From: Camelus dromedarius
Taxonomy: Eukaryota
DNA length: 64,000 bases
Direction of reading: 5' to 3'
Assembly: GCF_036321535.1 (NCBI RefSeq)
Contig: NC_087436.1
Location: 97,218,001-97,282,000, forward strand
In this document: one piece after another, positions 55,101 through 64,000 of the stretch
Layout: every line of letters begins with the position of its first letter
How positions within the stretch are numbered: position 1 is the stretch's first letter
The notes under the pieces: model-generated
Told to the model about the DNA's origin: nothing
What the model saw: only the letters and a program-made list of their open reading frames with translations
The model's database searches: none
Program-made: the position numbers and the translations under genes

Positions 55101-58100
55101 GTTGTGTTCACCCCAGAGACTCAGCGCAATTACATTTCTTCTGTTCATTCCACTTCTTAAGATTAAGGTAAACACAAAGGTCCTTTTGGATTTGAGGATT
55201 TAATGGTTCACCTCCATAGGAAAACAGATAGGAAAGTAGCAAATGTTAATAGTTAATATGTTAATACACACATATCAACAGTGAGTGCCCCTTACAATGA
55301 GTTCTTTGTGGTGCCTGAAATACTTTTCTAATATCCATCCCCATCCTCCCCCACTGCCTCGAAAGTCCTCAGCCTACATGTCACATTCTCAGAGAAACCT
55401 TCCCTGATCTTTGGACCAATTAGACCTTCAGGCTGCAGGACCCCTTAGCATCCTGTACTTCGACATTGTAGCTCTAGTTTAAAACCATTTGCATATTCAG
55501 GTTTTTCAAGTCTGTCTTTCCTACTAAAACATAAACTCCATGAGAGGAAGGACCATGTCAGCCTTATTAAAACTACATGTATATCTGCATCACAGAGCCC
55601 AATGCCTCCGACAAAGCACATGCTCACATGCTCAGTTAGTGTTTCTAAAATAGGAACAAGAATAATCTGATACAATTTCTAATAGGTATTAGTGTGATGA
55701 AATGATAAAAATAAGCTAGGGAAGGGAAAGCCAGCATGACTGATGTAAGGAAGGCGCTAGTTGAGAAAGCCTCTCAGGGAATCCTTTCTGAGTAGCTGAC
55801 AGCTGTGCTGAGACCTGTCTGAAGTGAGGGAGTCAGGTATCCAGGACAGAAGAGAACACTCCAGGGATAGGGGCCAGCAAATCCGAGGTCCTGACATGTC
55901 ATCCTCTTGACTCATTCCATGCACATCAGGAAGGCCTGAGAGAGGACGTCAGAGATGAGGAAGGCAGGGGGCAGTTGATGTAGTCAGAGATTGGAAGTCT
56001 GAGTGGGAGACTAGGGAATGATATAATCAGCTTATATTACTTAAAAAAAAAATTGTGGTTCCTTTGTTGAGGCTGCACTGGAGGGGGTCAAGGATGGAAG
56101 CAGGAAGAACAGCTCTGTGGAAGATGGCAGTTCACACTAGGGTGGTAACAGTGGATCTGGTGAGACATATTCAGATTCAAGAGTATCTGAAGGTAGAGCC
56201 AGTACGGCTTACAGATTGATTGGCGATAGCAGTTTGGGAGGAGTAGAAATCAAGGAAGAGTCCTAGCTGTTTAACTTGGTCAGATGGTGAACGTAGGTGA
56301 CATCATCAGAGATGCAGAAGAACATTGAATGTTCTGTTGTGGCCATGTGAAATTTGAGATGCTTATTGGACATACAAATGGATAGGCTGATTAGCAGGTT
56401 AGGTGTCTGAATCAAAAACTCATAAGGCAGAAGTTTGGAGCCGAAATGTAAGTCTGGTGGGAGCCAGCATTTGGGTTGTACTGAAATGCCGTGAGGGGAT
56501 TGGGCGAGATGAGAGAGAGAGAGAATATAAGAACGAGGGAGAATAAGAATGCACAGTTGCAGAGGGGAGGCTGTAGGGAGAGAACGTGAGGAAAGACAGA
56601 TAAGCCCTAGGACACTGCAAACTTTCAAGGTCAAACAGAAGAGAAAAAATGAGCAGAAGAATGAGAAGCATGGAGGAAGAAGGAAATCAGGTTTTGGGTG
56701 CTGAGAATTCTATCAAGGAATTGAAGGAGAGAATGTTAAACCAGCAGAGGCTCTGAGCAGACATAAAGCAACGTGAGCAAACACATATGTTCATTATTGC
56801 TGAAAAAGTCATTATCCCAAAGAGGGTGTGACCCCTTTGTCCTCAGATTATTGACTCAATTCTGGTCCACTGAGCAATTATAGATATGACTGGAGAAGCG
56901 TTATTTGTAATCAGAGAAAATACTGATTGGAAGAGATGTTTATATGGCCTTAGATGTACATTTCGTGGTGGGAAAATGAAATTCTTGAATGATTACTAAT
57001 AATTTGTTGTTGTTTTTCCTTTAGTTTTTTATTTCTTATTGATAGATAGTTGGTGTACAAGATTATATGAATAACAAGTGCACAGTATAGTGATTCAAAA
57101 TTTTCAAAGGTTGTATTACATTTATAGTTACTATAAAATACTGGCTGTATTCCCTGTTTTGTATGCTATATCCTTGTAGCTTGTTCATACCTAATAGTCT
57201 GCACCTCTTAATCCCCTTCCCCTCTATTGCCCCTCCCCCTTCCCTTTCTCCACCAATAGCCACTAGTTTGTTCTCTATATCTGTGAGTCTACTTTTTTAT
57301 TATATTCACTAGTTGGTTTTTTTTTTTTAGATTCCACATATAAGTGATATCATACAGTATTTGTCTTTCTCTGTCTTAGTTATTTCACTTAACGTAATAA
57401 TACCCTCCAAGTCTATCCATGTTTGTTGCAAATGGCAAAATTTTATCCCTTCTTATGTCTGAGTAGTATTCCATTGTATATATTTGCCACATCTGCTTTA
57501 TCTATTCATCTGTAATGGACACTTAGGTTGCTTCCATTCTTGGCAATTGTAAACAATGCTGCTATTAACATTGGGGTGCATGTATCCTTTCAAATCAGTG
57601 TCTTTGTTTTTGGTTTCTTTTCGGATATGTACCCAGGAGAGGAATTGCTGGATCATATGATAGTTCTGTTCTTATTTTTGTTTTCCATGGTGGCTCCCCA
57701 GTTTACGTTCCTACCAATTGTATGAGCCTTCTCTTTGTCTCCACATTTTTGCCAACATTTGTTATTTGTGTTCTTTTTAAATTAAATCAATGAGTCAGGG
57801 AGGGATATTAGAAGTGTTGGGGCAGAGTAAGAGATGAGCAGTAACCTTCAGAAGGTCGGGAACCCAGTGGTATGGGAGTAGAATGTCAAGGGAATGCTAA
57901 GTGCTCACTTGAAATTTGAGGGTAAATTTAAAAGTGAGATGAATCTCCAGACTGATCTTCATCATTTTGGAGGCACCAACAGAGTAAGTTAAATGGGGTT
58001 TAACTAGGGCTTGGCCAGGCCAACATTATAGAAAGAGAAGCAGCAAACGGCTTGAACATATTGCAAGGAAGTGAGCATACTGATTGACTGTGAAAATCCA

Positions 58101-59489
58101 AGGCAGGCTGTGAAGGAAGTAAGAAAGAATGTGAAAGGAGAATGGTGGTAGAGAAGAGACTGAAGATCTCAAGAAGTCTAAAGAATATTTAGAGCAAATG
58201 AAACTAAACTAAACTAGCTGGAAAGTAAGGGTCAAGGTCAGACAGTGAGCAGCAGACCCATGTCTACTACAGCGTTATCCACCACAGGCAAGGTATGGTT
58301 AGCACAGAGTCTAGCAGTATGCCCCTCAATATAAGTTAGCTGCTATTATGTAATGAGCACACAATCAACATCTGTGAAATTAAATTTTTTGGCTGTATAA
58401 AATGTGATATTACAATACAGATTGCAACCTAAGAGTAAAAATTTGTTCTATCTTAACAGAAGAAAATAACGAGTAGGTATTCAGCTATATAATTTACTAG
58501 ATGGTTTTCATTTCATCAGTAACATCTCTAAGCTTCTCAGTATAGTTGGTATTCTGTATTTCTTTCATAGGTTGTCATCTGAAAATCAATTTGTTTTTCC
58601 CAACTTCTGAAAAGTTAATCTACCCTGAGAGGTAGAAAAATTCTTTAAAGGTTTTCCTTTCATATGCATATCTTCAGGATTTATCATTTAAGAGCTTTCA
58701 TTTTTACCTGTGGGTATTTCTCCACTTCGCAAAATTAACTCTTCTCCAGTCATATCTATAATTGCTCAGTGGCCAGAATATGTAGTCAGTAATCTGAGAA
58801 CAAATGTACCACATGTTCTGTTGCACAATGTACAGTGTGAATGTCTTGGTATAAGGTAGCAGTTCTTTGGAACTCAGTTAGATGAAAGAGTAACATTTTC
58901 CCAAAGATCACAAAGATACTTGTACTGACAGTCATGCCTTAGGTTGACTTGGGGGTATATGTAACATCAAGTTATTTTTACACGAAAGTTGTCTTTGTGG
59001 GAAGAGAAGATGAATGTATAGTCATTTTGACTCCAGGGCCTAGAAATGTAGGCAGGTGTATTACATTTGTTGGTTTCCTTAAACATATTCCCCCTCATGG
59101 TTTTGTAAGTAGTACAGAAGGCATGTATTTGAAACCTAGAAATTGAACTGAGGCCTCAAAGCTCAGTTCACGTAAGAGTTTTGCATCCTGGAGTGGTTCC
59201 GCCACCAGAGTTAACATCATAATTACAACGGGGCGCCTCATGGAACACAGAGCATCTGACTTGGACGTATGGAAAAGGAGCCAAGTGACTATGTAACCTG
59301 GTGTACCACATGGTATAAATCACACACCAACAGCAGGAAATTGTGTTTCCACAGCATGAAAATGATATATGGCCACCAGCTGGAAAGGAGCGAAAACGTT
59401 CTATCACCAAAAATCCCAAAATCGGAGGTTTGCCTCTAATTCCCATCCAGCACGAGAGGAATGCAACCCAAGCCCGGAGAAATATTGAG
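4979..59489 (+). CDS. ARAP2: ARAP2 (ArfGAP with RhoGAP domain, ankyrin repeat and PH domain 2), partial spliced CDS of 13 exons, 5' and 3' ends outside window
   Basis: Exons 4979-5142, 9267-9479, 12984-13089, 16391-16538, 17998-18066, 20302-20376, 22061-22178, 30850-30978, 42028-42167, 50686-50768, 51841-51876, 53832-53895, 59355-59489 all have AG/GT ends and compatible phases. They total 1480 nt (1 nt + 493 codons) with no stop. The peptide matches my recall of mammalian ARAP2 from RTLYI..GHTKLDF to ..ARRNIE. Confidence 0.97.
7325..7830 (-). mobile_element. L2 3' region, approximate limits; L2-like sequence continues to about 9060
   Basis: 'tattgagtactta..ctaggcactgtg', 'ttgccttctaggagtttacag', 'ggagggcttc' L2 motifs. 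Confidence 0.6.
9267..9479 (+). CDS. ARAP2: ARAP2 window exon 2 (RhoGAP-like domain)
   Basis: T-tract..acaaag|GT...TTGG|gtaata; 213 nt, phase 1 to 1; [71 protein letters not shown]. Confidence 0.96.
11600..11777 (-). mobile_element. tRNA-Ala-derived SINE (camelid vic-1-type) with perfect 13-bp TSD
   Basis: Minus strand reads ggggagaggggatagctcag...gcttagcatgcatgaggtcctgggttcaatccccagtacc (A box, B box, AGC anticodon loop) followed by an (AAAT)n tail. TSD agtatagtctttg at 11587-11599 and 11778-11790. Confidence 0.9.
12956..12970. repeat. (TG)7 tract immediately upstream of the exon 3 acceptor
   Basis: aatttt-gtgtgtgtgtgtgt-atttaacctccag. Confidence 0.9.
12984..13089 (+). CDS. ARAP2: ARAP2 window exon 3 (RhoGAP-like domain)
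   Basis: cctccag|AC...TACAG|gtgggt; 106 nt, phase 1 to 2; [36 protein letters not shown]; absent from the ORF track. Confidence 0.95.
16264..16301. repeat. (TG)10 followed by A17 compound microsatellite
   Basis: Direct reading; sits at the 3' end of an L2-like segment. Confidence 0.9.
16391..16538 (+). CDS. ARAP2: ARAP2 window exon 4 (RhoGAP-like C-terminal part)
   Basis: tctcttacag|G...GAG|gtaaat; 148 nt, phase 2 to 0; [49 protein letters not shown], containing the RhoGAP N-x-M-x-x-x-N-L-A motif. Confidence 0.96.
17998..18066 (+). CDS. ARAP2: ARAP2 window exon 5 (RhoGAP-RA linker)
   Basis: taaacag|GTT...CAA|gtgagt; 69 nt, phase 0 to 0; [23 protein letters not shown]. Confidence 0.94.
20302..20376 (+). 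CDS. ARAP2: ARAP2 window exon 6 (start of Ras-association domain)
   Basis: ccttttctag|GTT...CGA|gtgagt; 75 nt, phase 0 to 0; [25 protein letters not shown]. Confidence 0.94.
20619..20835 (+). mobile_element. MIR SINE
   Basis: 'ttaggcaactta..gcctcag..ctataaaatg..gtgagga..gcatgtaaaacacttagca..ataaat'. Confidence 0.75.
22061..22178 (+). CDS. ARAP2: ARAP2 window exon 7 (RA domain)
   Basis: tcccttgcag|ATA...CTAG|gtaagt; 118 nt, phase 0 to 1; [39 protein letters not shown]. Confidence 0.95.
23975..25292 (+). mobile_element. L1 3' portion (ORF2 end + 3'UTR), older mammalian subfamily, sense to ARAP2
   Basis: L1 ORF2 motifs 'tgctgggaaaactggacagccaca', 'gttggtgggaatgtaaattggtgcagccac', 'gcaacctaagtgtccatca'; fragmented reading frames. 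Confidence 0.88.
28690..28925 (+). mobile_element. MIR SINE
   Basis: 'gtagttaaga..gctgtttgactttaggcaagtgtctgaacctctctg'. Confidence 0.75.
30850..30978 (+). CDS. ARAP2: ARAP2 window exon 8 (end of RA domain)
   Basis: tttttgcag|AG...AATG|gtaggt; 129 nt, phase 1 to 1; [43 protein letters not shown]. Confidence 0.95.
32133..32491 (-). mobile_element. MaLR solo LTR (MLT1A-like)
   Basis: 'tgttttagtctgttctggctgct..aaacaacagaagtgtatttctc..aagggcactaatccc..aacatttagtccataac'. Confidence 0.85.
32763..32976 (+). mobile_element. MER20-like hAT-Charlie MITE
   Basis: 'tggttctca..ttttgtcccc..ggcagtgtctggaga..gatgctgctgaacatcct..ggccccaaatgtca..gttgagaa'. Confidence 0.85.
33085..33134. repeat. 25-bp tandem duplication
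   Basis: tgaaatgaaatatattagaggttct / tgaaatgaaatatattggaggttct (1 mismatch). Confidence 0.9.
36700..36930 (-). mobile_element. MIR SINE (degenerate)
   Basis: 'tcttatttaattc..ttttgtaagtggggaagctggg..taataactccctcaaggtga'. Confidence 0.6.
37087..37172. repeat. (GA/GAAA)n purine microsatellite
   Basis: Direct reading. Confidence 0.95.
37270..37400 (-). mobile_element. MIR SINE
   Basis: 'cccattttgcaggtgaggagactgag..attcaagcccag..ctccagagt'. Confidence 0.75.
39015..39545. mobile_element. Candidate ancient solo LTR
   Basis: 531 bp bounded by perfect 8-bp inverted termini tgtaacaa...ttgttaca (TG..CA); no TSD visible. Confidence 0.4.
42028..42167 (+). CDS. ARAP2: ARAP2 window exon 9 (start of PH5)
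   Basis: ttttacag|AG...AAG|gtattt; 140 nt, phase 1 to 0; [47 protein letters not shown]. Confidence 0.95.
42985..43890 (+). mobile_element. Old L1 (L1MC/ME-like) 3' fragment
   Basis: 'aaagaactcct..caacccaataaaaa', 'gaaatacaaattaaaacca', 'agcagctttattcata', 'ggtggttacatgggtata'. Confidence 0.8.
44900..45090 (-). mobile_element. MIR SINE
   Basis: 'acaataaccctgtga..taacttgtccaagatcacatagccagtaagtgacagag..gtctgattccaaag'. Confidence 0.8.
45386..45651 (-). mobile_element. Short L1 3'UTR stub with perfect 19-bp TSD
   Basis: 'ttttattgaag..tttacaatgtt..gttaattccaaactcctaa..ccctttggtaaccata'; TSD ttaagaatttgtatctttt at 45367-45385 and 45652-45670. Confidence 0.88.
45785..46198 (-). mobile_element. 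L1MA-like 3'UTR fragment
   Basis: 'tttattgaagtataattgacaaa..ggtgagaacattaagatctactct..tagtcaccatgctgtaca..gagatcatacagtatttgtc'. Confidence 0.85.
47810..48740 (+). mobile_element. Highly degenerate old L1 ORF2 fragment, approximate limits
   Basis: 'ttgatctgtaggtttaatgtaatt..tagaacttgga', 'ttgctggtgga', 'cctttgacccagtggttcca'. Confidence 0.55.
49110..49360 (-). mobile_element. MIR SINE
   Basis: 'tctcatttaatcttcacaataacc..ggtcacaagctag..gatttgtactcaggtctctgac'. Confidence 0.75.
49775..50445. mobile_element. MER46C/Tigger-like DNA transposon remnant interrupted by a MaLR LTR
   Basis: Left part 'ttccgaaatccaaaaa..tttggtggcaaaacctgacc'; right part 'gggtgctgccccagac..acactggtcccagatgttttgaataagga'. 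Confidence 0.6.
49872..50218 (-). mobile_element. MaLR solo LTR (MLT1A-like)
   Basis: 'tgtcttaatctgttcaggct..ctcacagttctggaggc..aagggcgctaatcc..aacattcagcccataaca'; flanks atact / atatt resemble a 5-bp TSD. Confidence 0.87.
50686..50768 (+). CDS. ARAP2: ARAP2 window exon 10 (PH5)
   Basis: ttcctttacag|AGC...ACAAG|gtaaca; 83 nt, phase 0 to 2; [27 protein letters not shown]. Confidence 0.95.
51841..51876 (+). CDS. ARAP2: ARAP2 window exon 11 (36-nt exon in PH5)
   Basis: gatgcag|T...CACTG|gtaagt; 36 nt, phase 2 to 2; (S)[11 protein letters not shown](W). Confidence 0.93.
53832..53895 (+). CDS. ARAP2: ARAP2 window exon 12 (PH5 C-terminal helix)
   Basis: gttttgcag|G...CAG|gtatga; 64 nt, phase 2 to 0; [21 protein letters not shown], with the conserved PH-domain Trp. 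Confidence 0.94.
55660..56710 (-). mobile_element. L2 fragment (a + strand L2 3' end lies just upstream at about 55300-55640)
   Basis: 'gctgagacctg..gaagtgagggag', 'gaaggtagagcc', 'tttgagatgcttattggacat', 'taagccctaggacact'. Confidence 0.7.
57025..57780 (-). mobile_element. L1 3'UTR/ORF2 end, same type as the element at 23975-25292
   Basis: 'tagattccacatataagtgatatcatacagtatttgtctttctct', 'ggacacttaggttgcttcca', 'gaattgctggatcatatg'. Confidence 0.87.
59355..59489 (+). CDS. ARAP2: ARAP2 window exon 13 (C-terminal tail; final exon lies beyond window)
   Basis: gtttccacag|CAT...GAG|gtaggt; 135 nt, phase 0 to 0; [45 protein letters not shown]. Confidence 0.94.
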
Positions 59490-62400
59490 GTAGGTTAGGA
59501 TTTTATTTGTTTTTCCATTAATTATAGCATTTGTTTTCTTTTGTCATAAGGTGATTCAATGCATTAATTACTGCATTGGTTTCAAAACCACAGTAATAAT
59601 TACTTTGGAAAGCGTAGTAAAAATCATATCCATCAAGAAAACTTTATGAATAACCCTGTGCCACTCTTTGAAGTTTTTTATTTTATTAACTTGTCTTAAA
59701 TGATTAGTTTTAATAATGTCATTGACCACTCAATTACATATGCACAGTACTGCTTTTTTTTTTATCCCTAAAGTAGCCAAGAATGTCAAGTATGTATACA
59801 GAAGTTCTCGTGAAAATTGCAGTCTCAAATTAGTCTTCCAAGTTCACATCTAACCTCCTTAGAATAAGCCTGTGGCAGAATATGTCTGGAGACACTGTGA
59901 CTAGACATTCCAGTAACACAATCAAATTCCAGTGGTTTGGGAACCCATGGGGTGTCTCAGTTCATTTAAGGGAACCACAGGATGACCCCTGAGCATCAAT
60001 AAAGGAAATTTGGCATCTTTCATGAAAACTGCTATTTGTTTTCCTTCTCACCTTAAGGGCAGGGTGAACATAAAGAGCATCAGTCTTGATTCAGGAAAGG
60101 ACGCAGGCTGTTTACACTCAAAACTGACCCTTCGGGACTAGCGCAAGTTTCGATGCCTTAGATGAGTTCCAAAAGAAAAGCACATAGAAGATATTATTTC
60201 TTTTTAGAGCCTCTGTTTGGGATTAAGCTGTGTGTTTCTTGCTTTCCAAACAGGAATAACTTTTGAAGGATGAAAGCCATTTTAATTTAATGATCAGATT
60301 TTTTTTTTTAAATGTTTTACCATTTCGAACATTTATTCCACTGTAATATGCCTCTCCTCTAAAAGATAAAAGCCTTGAAAATAATGGCTTATTTCCTTCG
60401 CTGCCTGCTTAGGCCTGTGCTGATATAAACACAGGGAAGAGGAAGGCTCCCAGGAGCCCAGGCGCTTGTCCCTCCGGATGTTCTGTGCTTACAGGTTTCT
60501 CTTGGCAACTGCTCTGCAGAGCTGTGGCCTCCTCAGCTAATCTAGAATCTTCCCAGGAACCCAAGCTGAACCAGTGAAGAAAAGTAGGGGAGTAGATAAC
60601 CCCAGCTTCTTCTACCATTGCCTCGTGATCGATTATGGAACAAAGAGAAAGATAAATTATTAGAATCAAATATATCAACCAGTATCCAGTATGGAATTGA
60701 GACGATGATTTAATATACAGTAGTTTGTTACTTAATCCCAAATTCAGAATTTCAGAGACAGTTTTTTGTTTCGTTTTGTTTTGTTTTTTTAGCATACTTA
60801 AGATCAGAAATTTGGTCAACTAAAACTAACAAAATTGTTAAAGGCTTTTAAAACAATGCCATGAAATACTAGTTGCTTGAAAACATATGTGTAGTTAAAC
60901 TAAGCCAAACTTTTTTGTAAATTTGGTAAATGTGGTAATTCAACATATTTGGCAAAGAAAATTTTTTAATATTTAGTATTTTTCATTGAAAAACATTGAA
61001 AGTTTAAAAGGAATTAAAATTACAGTTTTTCATATGAACCATTAAAATATTATAGAATTAGATTAGATTTATGTAAATGTGTAAGAAAATATATTAATAA
61101 AGTAGCTTAAAATATTATTAAGTAGGTTATATTCATTAGAAAAATGTAGTCTTTATCAATGGATATATTCAAGAAAGATTGCTTTTCAGATTGTTGCCAT
61201 ACTGGTGAAGTTGGTGACTTCCCATTCTGTGATCTGTCTTGCTTTCATGAGGCTCAGTGGAAGGTAGAATGAGGATACTTCATCTGGGCATGGAAGGCTT
61301 CCTGGAGGAAGTGACTTCTAAAATTAACTGAGTAAATTAGTAGTGAGCTAGCTGAATAAGCCAGGGGAAGTAAGATGTTGGCAAAGGAAATCAGATGAAG
61401 AGGCCAACAGAGTGCTTAAGAACATACAAGCTAGATGCTACCTAGAGCCCTCCTGCTTACTCTTGGGTACCTACACTTTATCATTGTGCTCAGCTTTTAT
61501 CTGTAAGCCTGTAGGGATAACAGAAGCCCTTAATTCGTAGGGTGCTTGTGAGGATTAAATGATACCATACTTGAGAATTTATTAGACTAATGCTTGGCAC
61601 AGAGTTAACACTTATTGAGACAAAATTAGGACCTTGGAAGGAATATGGAATAATTCACTCGTTTCCAAAATTGCCTTTCCTTTCAAGAATGCCTTGAAAG
61701 GAATCTGTAAAACAAAAATTATGAGTAAAGAAAATGATGCAGTTGAAGCAGAAAATGGTGACCTAGAATCCTGCCCATTAAACACCTCTCTCCCCTGTCA
61801 TCATCCTGGAGCACAGTTTGATGTGGTGGAAAGAAGACTGGTTTCAAACAGGCCAGCCTCGGATCCGTTCTGAACTCCCACCTGTGTGACTTTGAGCATA
61901 TGGTCATTTCCTTGGGTTTCTATTTCTGCACGATATATTCTGTAGTGTAAATAATCATATAAAGTATAAAGCATTTAAAACATTATCATGAGAATAAATT
62001 AGTGATATATACTTTATAGCAAAGAGATGATATCAACTAATACAGTGACTTCAGTAGTGAAAGTCATTTAAGAGAGTTTCTGCTGTAATCGGTACACTGG
62101 TCATACTACGTTTTGCTATCATGAGACCTCCATAACCATTGGCCCTCATCTAGATATAAAGACAAATACATGTGGGCAGAGTATAGAGCCTTGTGAGAGA
62201 TTTGCTCACCCATTCCTGCATCTTGCTCTGACTGTGATAGAGGAACTTTTTTTTTCTGGTGGGAGACCGACTCCTTTTCAGATCCTCGTTCCCATTCAAA
62301 CAGTTTTCTCTAAACGCCCCCTGACACAATCTAGTATCGTCTGGACCAGGCTACCTCTTGCTTTCCCAATTTCATACCTTGTCTTTTAAGAACAGTGCAG

Positions 62401-63214
62401 CACATAAAGGATGTCCTTCTTTCCACAGCATCAATGCCCTTGGCTTTCTTTCCCCACAGCAGGCTAAGGCCCTCCACACACCGCATTGTTCATGCATATC
62501 ACTCCCTCTCTCATCTTCTTAACAGTTCTCTTCATCCCCCTCTCCCCACTTCATATAAGCTTATGTCATTTAGGCTAATACTATAGTTTTACTTGAAATT
62601 TCAGCATTACATATATTAATATTTGTCCTCTAAATTCAACATCTAAGAGATTCTTAAAGTCTTTCAGCTGATAGTTGAAAGATAATGAGAACTATTATTA
62701 CAGTATATGTAAAACCACTCTATATCCCTGATTTTCCCTAATAGATGCCAAGTGAAACTGTTTAATAAGATTATATTTTTTATAAAACTCCCTGTCACAT
62801 TCCTATGCTAATAGTCATCATTTTTACTAATCTCTCATTTTTTTATATATTGTGATAAAATACACATAACAAAATTTTCCATCTTAAGTGCACAGTTCAT
62901 TAATTACATTCACATGGTTGTGCAGTTATCAACACTACCTCTAACATATTCTAATGAAACTTTGGAATTAAGCTAGGAACTAAATAACTAAATGTTTCTT
63001 CCTATCGATTTTAGTGTAGAAGAAATACTTATCTATAATGCATAATCCTAATCTTATCAGAAAATTCCAAATTACAAAATACTTATAAATTACATTGATG
63101 AAATTGTTTTTATTCAGCTTGAATTTGTCTCATAATTTCCTCTTTTGATCTGCTGGGATTTAGGAAAATAGAACAGAATATTATACATCTGAACTTTTTT
63201 AAACCTTTCTTCAG

Positions 63215-63670
63215 TCACTATTCAGAAAATATTTATTGATCATTTCCTGTCTGCATGCTCTGTAATAGGGTGAACAAATCAAAAGTGAAAAAATAGAAAC
63301 CCTTCTTGCAATGAGTTGACTTTATAGCAGGGCATTCAGACAATCACAAGAGATGAGTGGCTTATATAGTATATTAGAAAGTGAAGGGGGAGGGTAATAG
63401 TTCAATAGGAGAGCATATGCTTTGCATGCATGAGGTCCTGAGTTCAATCCCCAGTACCTCCGTTATAAACAAATAAAGCCAATTTAGCGGGGGGAAAGTA
63501 TAGCTCAGTGATAGAGTGCCTGCTTATTAGTATGCACAAGGTCTTGAGTTCAATCCCCAGTACCTCCATTAAAAAATAAATATAATCACACCCCTGAAAA
63601 TAAGAAAATAATAGAAACCATTTTTTAAAAAAGTGATGAGTGCTATAGAGAAAAATTAAAAGGTGAAGTG
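63215..63670 (-). mobile_element. L2 3' end, interrupted by the dimeric SINE
   Basis: 'ttcagaaaatatttattga..gtgaacaaa..atgagttgac..' resuming after the SINE as 'gtgatgagtgctatagagaaaaat'. Confidence 0.65.
63385..63629 (+). mobile_element. Head-to-tail dimer of tRNA-Ala-derived (vic-1-type) SINE units
   Basis: Unit 1 from 63386 (ggggg agggtaatagttca..gttcaatccccagtacctcc), unit 2 from 63489 (gggggg aaagtatagctcagtg..gttcaatccccagtacctcc). Flanked by aaagtga at 63378-63384 and 63630-63636. Confidence 0.87.
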
Positions 63671-64000
63671 TTGCCTTTTGAAGCATGTTATTGGACATCC
63701 TTAGTTACTACACTGTTGATGCTACTCAATTTCATTCTTAATATTATCATTTTCATTTCACCCTCTCTCTCTCCAACATTTGTAATGTAATAAAAAAAAA
63801 AATAAACTCCTTGAGATTTCTTCTGTCTGTGCTTTGCAATTTTTACTAAGGAAATTACGAAGACATTTCTTCAACTCTTGCTTGTGAAAAGAAAGATGAC
63901 TTTCCCTTCCTGCCCCCACCTCCACCCTGACCCAGTTTGAGGGCGGTGGGGGGTAGCCTTTAGCTGGGGCTCCCTACCCAGTACATGCTGGATTCTCTGT

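Noticed and set aside
583..63698. Most ORF-track entries of 60-143 aa
   Set aside because: They are low-complexity or repeat-derived with no recognisable domains. Only those overlapping ARAP2 exons (4959, 9308, 16419, 21962, 42015) or L1 ORF2 have meaning, and their starts and stops are intronic read-through.
1..64000. A novel multi-gene system, CRISPR array, prophage or horizontally acquired cassette
   Set aside because: No long ORFs, no repeat-spacer array and no compositional island. The window is explained by ARAP2 exons, mammalian repeats and ordinary intron sequence.

Overview
AT-rich mammalian genomic DNA, most likely from a camelid (inferred from tRNA-Ala-derived vic-1-type SINEs). 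The window lies inside the ARAP2 gene on the + strand. I traced 13 consecutive coding exons (4979-59489), all with AG/GT boundaries and matching phases, giving 1480 nt that splice into one stop-free frame. They encode the end of PH4, the RhoGAP-like domain (Gln in place of the arginine finger), the Ras-association domain, PH5 and part of the C-terminal tail. The start and stop codons lie outside the window. Introns carry L1, L2, MIR, MaLR LTR and MER DNA-transposon remnants, some with clear target-site duplications, plus microsatellites. Repeat subfamily names and many repeat boundaries are approximate recalls, not search results. I see no prokaryotic, viral, CRISPR or otherwise novel multi-gene system. 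The best leads are splicing-level candidates and lineage-specific retrotransposon structures.
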